Source: Nannocystales bacterium (GTDB taxonomy: Bacteria > Myxococcota_A > Polyangia > Nannocystales > Nannocystaceae). From it: DNA of 52,586 nt. The position numbers and the translations under genes are program-made. The stretch spans positions 1 through 52,586 of the forward strand of contig JBOEGF010000053.1 of the NCBI GenBank assembly GCA_050633305.1, written 5' to 3'. Shown piece after piece: positions 29,137 to 37,591 of this stretch; positions within the stretch are counted from its first letter, which is position 1; the number at the start of each line of letters is the position of its first letter. The notes beneath the pieces were generated by a model that saw only the letters and a list, made by a program, of their open reading frames with translations, had not been told where the DNA came from and made no database searches.

Positions 29137-30380
29137 GCGGGACACGGGCCGGAGACTTCGGCCGGGTCGCCAGCAGTCTGCGGTGGACCCTGCTGGGCGA
29201 GGTGCTCTTCGCCGCCGGCCAGTTTGGTCTGATGATGGTCATGGCGCGTCTGGGCTCGGACGCTGCGCTGGGCCGCTACGCACTCGGTCTCGCCATCGCC
29301 ACCCCGCTGTTCGTGCTCACGAGTCTGCACCTACGCCCCACGTATGTCGTGACCAACGAAGAAGAGCTCGGCTTCGGCCACTTCTGGGCTTTGCGCCTGC
29401 TCGGCGCGCCCGCGGCCGTCGTCCTCGCAGCGTTCTGGGCGGTCCTCGCCGGCCTCGACACTACGACTGCCGCCGTCGTCATTTGGGTTGCCCTCACCCG
29501 CATGAGCGAGATGCTCGCCGACCTCTGCCACGCCGCGGCGGCCCGAGACGAAACGTTGGACCGCGTGGGCATTTCGCGGGCCCTACGCGGGATGCTGCTG
29601 TTGGGGACGGTCGGGGGCGCCATGTTGGCCGGAGTCTCCGAGAGCACCGCGCTGGCGCTCGGGGCTGTGGTCGCGCTGTTGCTGACCCTCACGTACGACT
29701 TCGAGACCGCCCGCCGGCACGCGAACCTCCGACCCAGGTTCGACCGCGACCGGCTGTGGAGGCTCACCGTGCTCGCCGCCCCGGTCGGGTTCGCCGGAGG
29801 TCTGCTGGGCCTCACCACCAACACGCCAGCCTACGTCCTCGAGCACAGCATCGGCATCGAGCCCCTGGGCGACTACGCCGCGATCGTCTCGATCCTGTTC
29901 ATCAGCGGCGTACTCAACGCGGCGGTCGGCGGAGCAGCGGTCCCCCGCCTCGCCCGCCTGTTCGAGACCGACCGCGCGGCGTTCGTCCGCCTCCTACTGC
30001 GTGTCGCAGCGGTGGTGGGAGCCTGCGGCCTGGCCCTGCTGCTCGCGTGCGTGTTGCTCGGGGAACTCTACCTGGCCATCGCCTACGGCCCCCGGTTCAC
30101 CTCGCTCGCCCCCAGCCTGGTCTACAGCGGCGCGATCGCATTCGTCGCCGGCCTGGCCAACATGCTGTCCCAGACGCTCGTGTCGATGAAGCGGTTCCGG
30201 ATGCAGTTCACCATCAACGCGATCACATTCGTCGTCGCCGTCGGACTCGCATTCGCGTTTGTCCCCACACACGGGGTGGAAGGCGCACTGCTCGCGCTGG
30301 GGCTGCTCTCGGTCGCGCGCTTCCTGGCCTACGTCGGCATCATCGGCACACTCGTCCGTCGCCGGGAGGCCTCCGTATGA
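29133..30380 (+). CDS. wzx: Oligosaccharide flippase (Wzx/MOP family)
   Basis: About 12 hydrophobic segments; ARLGSDAALGRYAL and LGDYAA; ATGA overlap with the priming GT. Confidence 0.8.
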   Translation: MSGTRAGDFGRVASSLRWTLLGEVLFAAGQFGLMMVMARLGSDAALGRYALGLAIATPLFVLTSLHLRPTYVVTNEEELGFGHFWALRLLGAPAAVVLAAFWAVLAGLDTTTAAVVIWVALTRMSEMLADLCHAAAARDETLDRVGISRALRGMLLLGTVGGAMLAGVSESTALALGAVVALLLTLTYDFETARRHANLRPRFDRDRLWRLTVLAAPVGFAGGLLGLTTNTPAYVLEHSIGIEPLGDYAAIVSILFISGVLNAAVGGAAVPRLARLFETDRAAFVRLLLRVAAVVGACGLALLLACVLLGELYLAIAYGPRFTSLAPSLVYSGAIAFVAGLANMLSQTLVSMKRFRMQFTINAITFVVAVGLAFAFVPTHGVEGALLALGLLSVARFLAYVGIIGTLVRRREASV

Positions 30381-31579
30381 CGCCGCGACGTCTCGACACG
30401 ATGCTCGCGGCCGTCATGGTCACGGGCATCTACGTCATCGTCGAGCCGGCGCCCTTCGACCTGTTCATCCTGCTGCTCGGTGGGTTGCTTCTGCTGGGGC
30501 GACGTCTCTCGATGCCCCGAGCCGCGCTCGCGCCGGGTGCGATCCTGGCCCTGTTCGTCGTCACCAACCTGCTGTCGTTGGTCTTCTCCCGCGACCTCCC
30601 CCGGAGTCTGTTCTTCTTCGCGGTCACCGGCTACCTCGTGGTGCTTTGGGCGATCCTCGTCGCCGCGCAGGAGGTCGGCCGCGAACGAACCTCGGACGCG
30701 ATCCTGCGGGGGTATGCGATCGGCGGAAGCATCGCGGGAGCGTTGGGAGTCATCGCGTACCTTGGCGCTCCAGTGATCGGGCCCATCATGGCGCCCAACG
30801 GACGTCTCCACGGCCTCTTCAAGGACCCCAACGTCTACGGCGCCTATCTGGCTCCCGTCGCCGTGATCGCGGTTTATCACCTGATCGCGGTCCCAGACGC
30901 CCGGCGAGTGTCCTGGCTTGGGGCCCTCGCTGCCTCCGGTGCTGCCGTGTTCCTCAGCTTCAGTCGAGGCGCGTGGGGCAACCTCGGCGTCGCGCTTGCG
31001 GTCTTCTTCTTCTTGTTCACGTTCGCCGACGGCCTGGGCCGAAGCTGGTGGCGTACGTTTGTGTTCTTCCCGCCGGTTGCCCTCTTCCTCGGTATCGTCG
31101 CGATTCAGCTGCTGTCGGTCGACGCCATCTCCAGCATGTTCGAGATGCGCTTCGGCATGCAGAGCTACGATGACCTGCGATTCAGAATCCAGGCCGAGGC
31201 GGTCTCCGTCGCGCTGCAGAACCCGCTAGGGCTGGGGCCGGGCATGACCGAGAAGACCTTCTCGGTCGCCGCGCACAGCACCTACGTGCGCTCGTTGGTC
31301 GAGCATGGCTTCTTGGGACTGTTCTCGATCGTGGCGCTGGTCGTCGTCAGCATCGCCCGCAGCGTGTGGTTCGCGGTCTTCGCTGCCGTCCAGCAGGACC
31401 GGCTACGCTTCGCAGTGACCGCGGGCGTTCTGTGCGGGATGGCGGTGGAATCGGCCGTCATCGACACGATCCACTGGCGGCACTACTGGGTGTTCTTGGC
31501 GATGGCCTGGGCCCCCACCCCAACTCGGCAACGCGCCGCAATCAGCAGTAGCCGAAGGCCGCCAAGTCCTCGCCGATGA
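30377..31579 (+). CDS. O-antigen ligase/Wzy_C family membrane protein
   Basis: ATGA overlap at 30377; RLHGLFKDPN, SFSRGAW, PLGLGPG, AHSTY..LVEHGFLG. Confidence 0.88.
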   Translation: MTPRRLDTMLAAVMVTGIYVIVEPAPFDLFILLLGGLLLLGRRLSMPRAALAPGAILALFVVTNLLSLVFSRDLPRSLFFFAVTGYLVVLWAILVAAQEVGRERTSDAILRGYAIGGSIAGALGVIAYLGAPVIGPIMAPNGRLHGLFKDPNVYGAYLAPVAVIAVYHLIAVPDARRVSWLGALAASGAAVFLSFSRGAWGNLGVALAVFFFLFTFADGLGRSWWRTFVFFPPVALFLGIVAIQLLSVDAISSMFEMRFGMQSYDDLRFRIQAEAVSVALQNPLGLGPGMTEKTFSVAAHSTYVRSLVEHGFLGLFSIVALVVVSIARSVWFAVFAAVQQDRLRFAVTAGVLCGMAVESAVIDTIHWRHYWVFLAMAWAPTPTRQRAAISSSRRPPSPRR

Positions 31580-32480
31580 GCGTGGCCAGGTCCGCGTTGG
31601 CCTCGGCATGAAGCGCGAGCGCTGCCCGTTTCAGCTCGGTCGGCATGAGCGCAGCTCTTCCGCGACGCGCCAGCAAGGGATCGAGCACCCGGTTCATCAC
31701 GGCCGCGGGATGCAGATGCCGAGGCACCCACTGCTTGAACTGCATCTTGAGCGACAACGGCAGCGCGTTCACAACGCGTGCCGTTGCCGCAGACAGCGGA
31801 CTGAAAGCCACGTTGACGCGCTCCCTCGCCTCGGGGACGAAGGTCTCCACCCCGACGAAGTCGCAGAGTCGACCCAAGAACGCCGGCGCATCGGCGACAA
31901 ACGACTCGAACGCCTGCACGAGGACACCGGCGGGAAAGCGGCGCTGATAGTGCCGAACGTAGGGGCGCCAATCGAGATCCCGAACATCGAGGTTGGGGCC
32001 CCCGTAGATGTTCCAGTTGAAGTCGCCGAAGTTGCCGTTGCGGTAGTTGGAGAACGCCTGAGGCGTCGTCGAGAGCCCCTGCTTGAGCACCTGGCTGTAC
32101 GCCGACTCGAGCCAGGAGTCCTGTCGGCGCAGCACCAACCAAACCTTCGCGTCCGGCAGAACCTCTGCGAGGAGGTCCGCGTTGCTGAGGAAGTTGACGT
32201 GGTTCTCAAAGGGCCAGCCAAACAGAGCTTCACTGCTGATGATCGTGTGGCCGGGCTGCGCGTCGACAAACGCTGCGATGGCCCGGCGGTGCGCGTCGAC
32301 GTCGAGCGCCGCCGGGTTACGGAACAGAAGCGCCCGAACGAACCGCTGGATCGGGTTGGGGTTGGCGGGGAGCTCGTGCGTGGCATGCACGAACCTGGCC
32401 CCGCGCAGGCCAGGGAAGAACGACTGCTGAAGAAACGTGGTCGCTGTCTTGTGCAGCCCCACGTGGACGAGGACCGCCAC
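31542..32480 (-). CDS. Sulfotransferase-like protein (PAPS-binding P-loop)
   Basis: VHVGLHKTATTFLQ, IISSEAL, LRRQDSWLESAYSQ. Start GTG 32480 (alternative 32486). Confidence 0.82.
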   Translation of the reverse strand: MAVLVHVGLHKTATTFLQQSFFPGLRGARFVHATHELPANPNPIQRFVRALLFRNPAALDVDAHRRAIAAFVDAQPGHTIISSEALFGWPFENHVNFLSNADLLAEVLPDAKVWLVLRRQDSWLESAYSQVLKQGLSTTPQAFSNYRNGNFGDFNWNIYGGPNLDVRDLDWRPYVRHYQRRFPAGVLVQAFESFVADAPAFLGRLCDFVGVETFVPEARERVNVAFSPLSAATARVVNALPLSLKMQFKQWVPRHLHPAAVMNRVLDPLLARRGRAALMPTELKRAALALHAEANADLATLIGEDLAAFGYC

Positions 32481-32519
32481 CGACACAGTGTACGCCTCTG
32501 ACCGTGGTACGCCATGGGC

Positions 32520-33362
32520 ATGGCTCTCGCTCCCCGCGGCATCCTCGGCGTGGTTCACCTCCCGGCGATGCCCGGCGATCCCCAGGACGGCGGCAGCTTC
32601 GAGGGGATGGTCGCCCACGCTGTGGCCGACGCCGAGGCCCTCCGAAAGGGCGGGGTCGATGGGATCGTGGTCGAGAACTTCGGGTCGATCCCGTTCGCCA
32701 AGGGCGACGTAAACAGCACACTTCCTCCACACCAGATCGCGGCGATGACCCGCGCCGTGCTCGAGATCCGGCAACGGTTTGAGGGGCCCATCGGCGTCAA
32801 CTGCCTGCGCAACGATGCACGGTCCGCGTTGGGAATCGCAGCCGCCACCGGAGCGAACTTCATCCGGGTCAACGTGCATGTCGGTGCGTACGTCACCGAC
32901 CAAGGCCTCATCGAAGGCGAAGCCCACAACACACTGCGCAGCCGAGCCCAGCTGGGGGCAGACGTCGCGATTCTGGCCGATGTCCTGGTCAAACACGCAA
33001 CCCCTCTGGCGCCCATCACCCCCGAAGACGCTACCGAGGACACGGTGAAGCGCGGGCTCGCGGACGGCGTCATCGTCACCGGGCGCGCGACCGGAGCACC
33101 GGTCGACGCCGAACTCCTGGAGACCGTTGGGCGGGCCGCCGGTTCAGCGCCGGTCTATGTCGGAAGCGGACTGACCGTGGAGTCCGCCGCGATGCTCGCT
33201 CCCCTGTGCGACGGGGCGATCGTTGGCACGGCGTTCAAGCACGGCGGCCAAGTCCGGGCGCCCGTCGACGCTTCCCGAGTCCGCGCATTGTGTGACGCCG
33301 CCCGCCCCCTGCTGCGCCGCCGACCCGCAGAGTCGGTGGGAAAAAACCGCGACGCCGAGTAG
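32520..33362 (+). CDS. btpA: BtpA/SgcQ family protein
   Basis: GVVHLPAMPG, VENFGSIPF, GVNCLRND, FIRVN, ADVLVKHA, DGAIVGT. Start at 32514 or 32520. Confidence 0.9.
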   Translation: MALAPRGILGVVHLPAMPGDPQDGGSFEGMVAHAVADAEALRKGGVDGIVVENFGSIPFAKGDVNSTLPPHQIAAMTRAVLEIRQRFEGPIGVNCLRNDARSALGIAAATGANFIRVNVHVGAYVTDQGLIEGEAHNTLRSRAQLGADVAILADVLVKHATPLAPITPEDATEDTVKRGLADGVIVTGRATGAPVDAELLETVGRAAGSAPVYVGSGLTVESAAMLAPLCDGAIVGTAFKHGGQVRAPVDASRVRALCDAARPLLRRRPAESVGKNRDAE

Positions 33363-33718
33363 GAATCGGCTGCGGAAATGCGGTTTGTTTCGACGCTGAA
33401 ACCCGTGAAGGAGTGGCGTCCCCGGTGGGGTCGACGTCGCGGCGCGAGGCCGTGATGGGACGCGGTTTTGTCCGGCACCGTCGGCCGACGATTCGGTCGC
33501 GCAGGGCGCCCTACGACCGCTAGAGGGCCACGTGACGCCGGCAAGAAGTGCGCGTTCCGACCGACTGGAGCGCGTCATTCCACGCGCGTTTTCGCGCCTC
33601 ACGACACTCGCCTCGTCCGCGCTACGAACGCATCGTCGCGACGATTCCAAGATCAGGTTCCGAATCAAGGACTTGCGCTCTGTGACATTCCTGTAACACT
33701 ACGAAGAACGGCTCCGCT

Positions 33719-35317
33719 TTGCTTGAACCTGAAGAACTCATCGACTCTCGAATTGGCGTCCACGACGACAACCAGTTCGAGGTCAAACTCGACTACGCGA
33801 TCGACCCCACGGGCCGCCGCAGTCGCTACGTGGTGGAGACCTACCTGTTCTTGCCACGAAGCCTCGGCGTGGACCCGCACTCGTATCGGCGTGAGCAGTT
33901 CTACAGCGACATCCAAGCCTACATCCGCTTCAAGACCCCGACGATCAGCCTGCGGGCCCTCGCTGACGAAACCAACGACAGCTCCCCGCTCAACCAGATG
34001 CTCGAGCAGATGCCGACCATCGGGCGGGACACAACCCCCGACCTCGACGGCGGCCTCGGTCACGAAGTCCGCTTGTTCGGCTGCTTGGTCAAGGTCGGCG
34101 TTCGAGACCAAGTCAGTGTGTTGCGCGACCGTGTCAGCGCACTCACCGGACGCGCACAGCATCGCTCCGTCCTCGTCGAGGACATCGACAGGCTCGCCCT
34201 TCGCCTCGCCGAAGACGTCTCTGCAGTCCTCGAGCGGTTCCGAGGGTATCGAGCCGACTTCGTCCTCCCTCGCCGCGCTGCATGGATTCAAGAACTGTTC
34301 GCATACGCCGACGAGTTCATCAGCCTCAGCGTCGAGCGCTACTTCACCCGGTTCGTCGCGGCGCTCGACGAAAACCCGGCGGTCCGAGAGGCATGCGAGG
34401 CGAGTCGCGCCAAGATCGTCGAACGTGTCCTCGCCGAGCAGGCCCACCGCAAAGGTGCGGGCTACGACAGCATCATCGACGGAGTCCGCGGCAGCGCCCG
34501 CTACGTGCACCGCAACAGCGCCTTGAAGAAGTTCATGAGCTCGGTGCTGTTCTTGGACATGACCAAGCAGACCGTCGGCCGCCGGATCACCAACATCGGA
34601 GCGGGCATCGCTGCAGCGGTCGCCATGCTGTTCTCCACGGTCGCTGCGATCTGGAGTCAGAACCGCTACGGCATCAACAGCTACCCCTTCGTGGTCGCGC
34701 TGGTGATCTCCTACGTCTTCAAAGACCGTATCAAGGAGTGGCTGCGCACCTACTTCAACCAGCAGTTCTCCCGGTTCTTGTGGGACTACAGCGTCACGAT
34801 CCGCGACCCCGCCAATGACGCAGAGGTGGGGCGATGCCGCGAGATGTTCAGCTTCACGGATCCGGACTCCGTGCCTCGTCCCGTCTATGACGCACGCCAC
34901 GGCGATGCGACCGGCGTGCTCGAGCCGAAGAGCAAGCCCGAGATCATCCTGAAGTACGTCAAGGAGATCACGCTTCGGGGCCGGAGTATCGCCGCCAACC
35001 ATGGCCGGCTGCTCGACGTCAACGACATCATCCGCTTCAACGTCTCGAGCCTCCTCGCGCGGATGGACGACCCGGTTCGCACCGTCGAGACCTTTGACGC
35101 CAAGACCGGGAGCATCCGGCAGGTCACGTGCCCGAAGTCCTATCACGTCAATGTGGTCATGGTGCTTCGCGCCGTCTCGGGCTCCCCGAGTTACGAGCGG
35201 TTCCGCGTCGTTCTCGACAAATCGGGGATCCGCGAGCTGCACGAGGTCGGGCACAGTCAGGGCGCCATCGAGGCCCCCGCCCCGCACCGCGAGCTCCAAG
35301 CCGCGGTCGCAGAGTAG
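33719..35317 (+). CDS. Hypothetical protein with two central TM helices
   Basis: 532-aa ORF with coding-like codon bias; TM pair ending ISYVFKDRIKE. Start uncertain. Confidence 0.75.
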   Translation: MLEPEELIDSRIGVHDDNQFEVKLDYAIDPTGRRSRYVVETYLFLPRSLGVDPHSYRREQFYSDIQAYIRFKTPTISLRALADETNDSSPLNQMLEQMPTIGRDTTPDLDGGLGHEVRLFGCLVKVGVRDQVSVLRDRVSALTGRAQHRSVLVEDIDRLALRLAEDVSAVLERFRGYRADFVLPRRAAWIQELFAYADEFISLSVERYFTRFVAALDENPAVREACEASRAKIVERVLAEQAHRKGAGYDSIIDGVRGSARYVHRNSALKKFMSSVLFLDMTKQTVGRRITNIGAGIAAAVAMLFSTVAAIWSQNRYGINSYPFVVALVISYVFKDRIKEWLRTYFNQQFSRFLWDYSVTIRDPANDAEVGRCREMFSFTDPDSVPRPVYDARHGDATGVLEPKSKPEIILKYVKEITLRGRSIAANHGRLLDVNDIIRFNVSSLLARMDDPVRTVETFDAKTGSIRQVTCPKSYHVNVVMVLRAVSGSPSYERFRVVLDKSGIRELHEVGHSQGAIEAPAPHRELQAAVAE

Positions 35318-35351
35318 GGCCCCGAAGCAAGGTTGCGTCGGTCGCGTCGGT

Positions 35352-36143
35352 TCAGCCCAGCGCGTAGCCGATCGTCACCGTAAGCTGCAACGGAAGCGCC
35401 TGCGCCTGCACAGCGCCCCCGGAGGGCCCGGCGACTCCAGCCACGTTGGCTGTGACAATCGCGTTGTCGAAGCCAAGCCCGTACGCCGACCATGCCATGC
35501 CCGAAGGCGCTTCGGAGACCGCCACCACCCGCATACCTTCCAGCTCGAGCGCGCCTTGGAACTGTCGGGCCTTAGCTTTGGCGGCATCCAACGCCATGTC
35601 CCGAACCTTTCGCTTCAGCTCGCTCATTTCCGTGTTTCGAAACGTCGTCGTCGACGTGGTGACGCCCGCGTTGGCCCCGGCTTCGACAACCGCGGGGATC
35701 TGGGAGAAGTCTTCGGTCGCAACGGTGACCCGAAGCCGAGCCTCGTAGCCCGTCGGGATCTGTCGCTGCCGCGCAGCGTCCCATCGAGACGTTGGACTGA
35801 GGGTTAGCGTCGAGACCGCGATGTCCTGCGTGGCCATCCCCTCCTCCGCGAGGTTTGTCCGCATCGCCTCCTCCCGACTCCGGAGTTTCGCAACGGCGTG
35901 CCGGGGGTTGGCGGCAGTTGCCGTGAGATCCAGGGTCACGTCCGCGACGTTGGGTGTCACCTCGAGCGTCGCGGTGCCCGTGACCGTCAGGGTCCCCGAC
36001 TTGTCGTCGAGCCCGGAGTCCGAGGGTTGGCACCGCTCGCTGTGCGGGTCGATGTGGGCTTGCACGACCGGCGGCTGACAGCCGGACAGCGCAAGCAGGC
36101 CCCACGTGGCCACGAGCGAAGAGGGTCGAATCATGTTCGTCAC
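35352..36143 (-). CDS. SIMPL/DUF541 domain lipoprotein
   Basis: Lipobox LSGC; LTVTGTATLEVTPN, ALDAAKAKA. Confidence 0.88.
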   Translation of the reverse strand: MTNMIRPSSLVATWGLLALSGCQPPVVQAHIDPHSERCQPSDSGLDDKSGTLTVTGTATLEVTPNVADVTLDLTATAANPRHAVAKLRSREEAMRTNLAEEGMATQDIAVSTLTLSPTSRWDAARQRQIPTGYEARLRVTVATEDFSQIPAVVEAGANAGVTTSTTTFRNTEMSELKRKVRDMALDAAKAKARQFQGALELEGMRVVAVSEAPSGMAWSAYGLGFDNAIVTANVAGVAGPSGGAVQAQALPLQLTVTIGYALG

Positions 36144-36272
36144 GAGGACTACGAACGTCGCGGACGGCCGGCGGATTCGATGCTGGACGCCCTCCGTTAC
36201 AAGCGCGTGACCGGGGGTCAGAGGGATGGCGTCACACTTGACGATGGGTGGCTGCGCAGCAAAAACACAGCG

Positions 36273-37466
36273 TCAGGGCACGAACACGGGTACGCAGGTC
36301 GAGGAGGCGGCCCCAACAACTCGGATCGGCGCGGGGGTGTCGAGCACGGACACCGCTTGCCCTCCCCCGTCCGAATCGTCGTGGTCGATACGCGTCACTC
36401 GGCTGACCACGTCCGCAGGGCTGCACATCGCGGAACACTGCCCCAGCATGCAGTCGCGCAGTGGACCGCCGGGGCCTTCGATGTCTCCCTCGCATCCCGA
36501 AAAGCCATCCCCGCCCGAAGCCAACAGGCACTCGTAGACCGGACCGCAGTCCGGGTCAGCCTCGCACGCAGCAAGCTCCGCCCCACACGACCGCTGTACG
36601 CACGACTCGCAGCCCGGTGCGGCGCCCTCGGTGAAGACGTAGAAGTCGCCCCCGTAGAACGCCATCGCGGAGGCACTGGTCTTGTTGACCCCCACCACCT
36701 CGAGGCTGTCCAGCTCCGCCGCAGTCTCGCGATCGTACTCGACGAGCTTCACCGGGTCCGTGCCCGCGAGCGAGAAGAGCCGTCCTGCGCTGGTACCGGC
36801 GAGTTCAGCACCGTCGAAGTTGGTCGTTCCGACCACCTGGAGCGCCCCGTCATCCTCGAGCGCCCCCAACATCCCGATGCCCTCCCCCTCCGCAAACGGC
36901 CCTTGCCCGCTGTACGAGTGCACGAACATCTGCTCGCAAGTCGACGGCGGGGGGTTGTCCACGAACGACATTCCGAAGACGCCGAACAACCCCTCGGTAT
37001 AGGGAACCGCCTGGCAATCACTGGGGTCGTTGATGTCGACCGAGAACAGGCCCTTGGCGATCGCCGCGTGCGGGATGTCGTCGAGCAACAGCAGCAACGC
37101 GTGGCCGTCTCGACCGATCGCCATCGAGAACGGACGGAATCCGCCACAAGCGATCGGTCCGACGACCGCAAAGGCGTTGGTCATCGGGTCGAAGGTCCAT
37201 AACTCCCCGCCATCCGAGATCACATAGACGAGCTCGGTCCCCGGCGCACACTCACAGCTGAGGTTCTCCCCAGTCGAGCTGCCGGTCGCATCCGCGTCGG
37301 CCCCGCTGCCTCCCCCGCCCGTTCCGGGCGCGCTCGCCGTCGCCGTGCTGCCCGTGGATCCCTCGGCTGCGGACGTTCCTTGTGCGCCACCGGAGCTTCC
37401 TTCCTCGCGGGGCTGCGTGGTGCAGCCCGCCACAACCGACACGATCCCCAAGCCAGCCCATCTCAT
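36273..37466 (-). CDS. Myxobacterial lipoprotein (propeller-like domain with Cys-rich insert)
   Basis: ATG at 37466, lipobox VAGC, S/T/G stalk, LVYVISDGGELWTFDP, CESCVQRSC..C insert, ends GAASSTCVP. Confidence 0.75.
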   Translation of the reverse strand: MRWAGLGIVSVVAGCTTQPREEGSSGGAQGTSAAEGSTGSTATASAPGTGGGGSGADADATGSSTGENLSCECAPGTELVYVISDGGELWTFDPMTNAFAVVGPIACGGFRPFSMAIGRDGHALLLLLDDIPHAAIAKGLFSVDINDPSDCQAVPYTEGLFGVFGMSFVDNPPPSTCEQMFVHSYSGQGPFAEGEGIGMLGALEDDGALQVVGTTNFDGAELAGTSAGRLFSLAGTDPVKLVEYDRETAAELDSLEVVGVNKTSASAMAFYGGDFYVFTEGAAPGCESCVQRSCGAELAACEADPDCGPVYECLLASGGDGFSGCEGDIEGPGGPLRDCMLGQCSAMCSPADVVSRVTRIDHDDSDGGGQAVSVLDTPAPIRVVGAASSTCVPVFVP

Positions 37467-37591
37467 GCCTCCCACGATAACGCGCCGCCGGATCCGCCCG
37501 GTGTGCAAGTCGATTCGCCCCTCGTCTCCGGTCCGGTGCGTGAGGCCCTTCATCGCCACCGGCCCCTCGTTTGAGGTACCTGGAGACTGTC

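Noticed and set aside
29183..30376. Apparent 798-aa protein 29183-31579
   Set aside because: The first ~400 codons are an off-frame overlap with the flippase; the ligase begins at the ATGA overlap at 30377. The same applies to the extended starts at 10147, 18575, 32996 and 43312.
33363..33718. Known ncRNA (SRP, 6S, tRNA) or a 25-aa ORF in the long intergenic gap
   Set aside because: No diagnostic consensus was recognised, and the short ORF lacks initiation signals and coding bias.
37467..37591. Cobalamin riboswitch upstream of icmF
   Set aside because: Only 125 bp are available and no B12-box consensus is recognisable.
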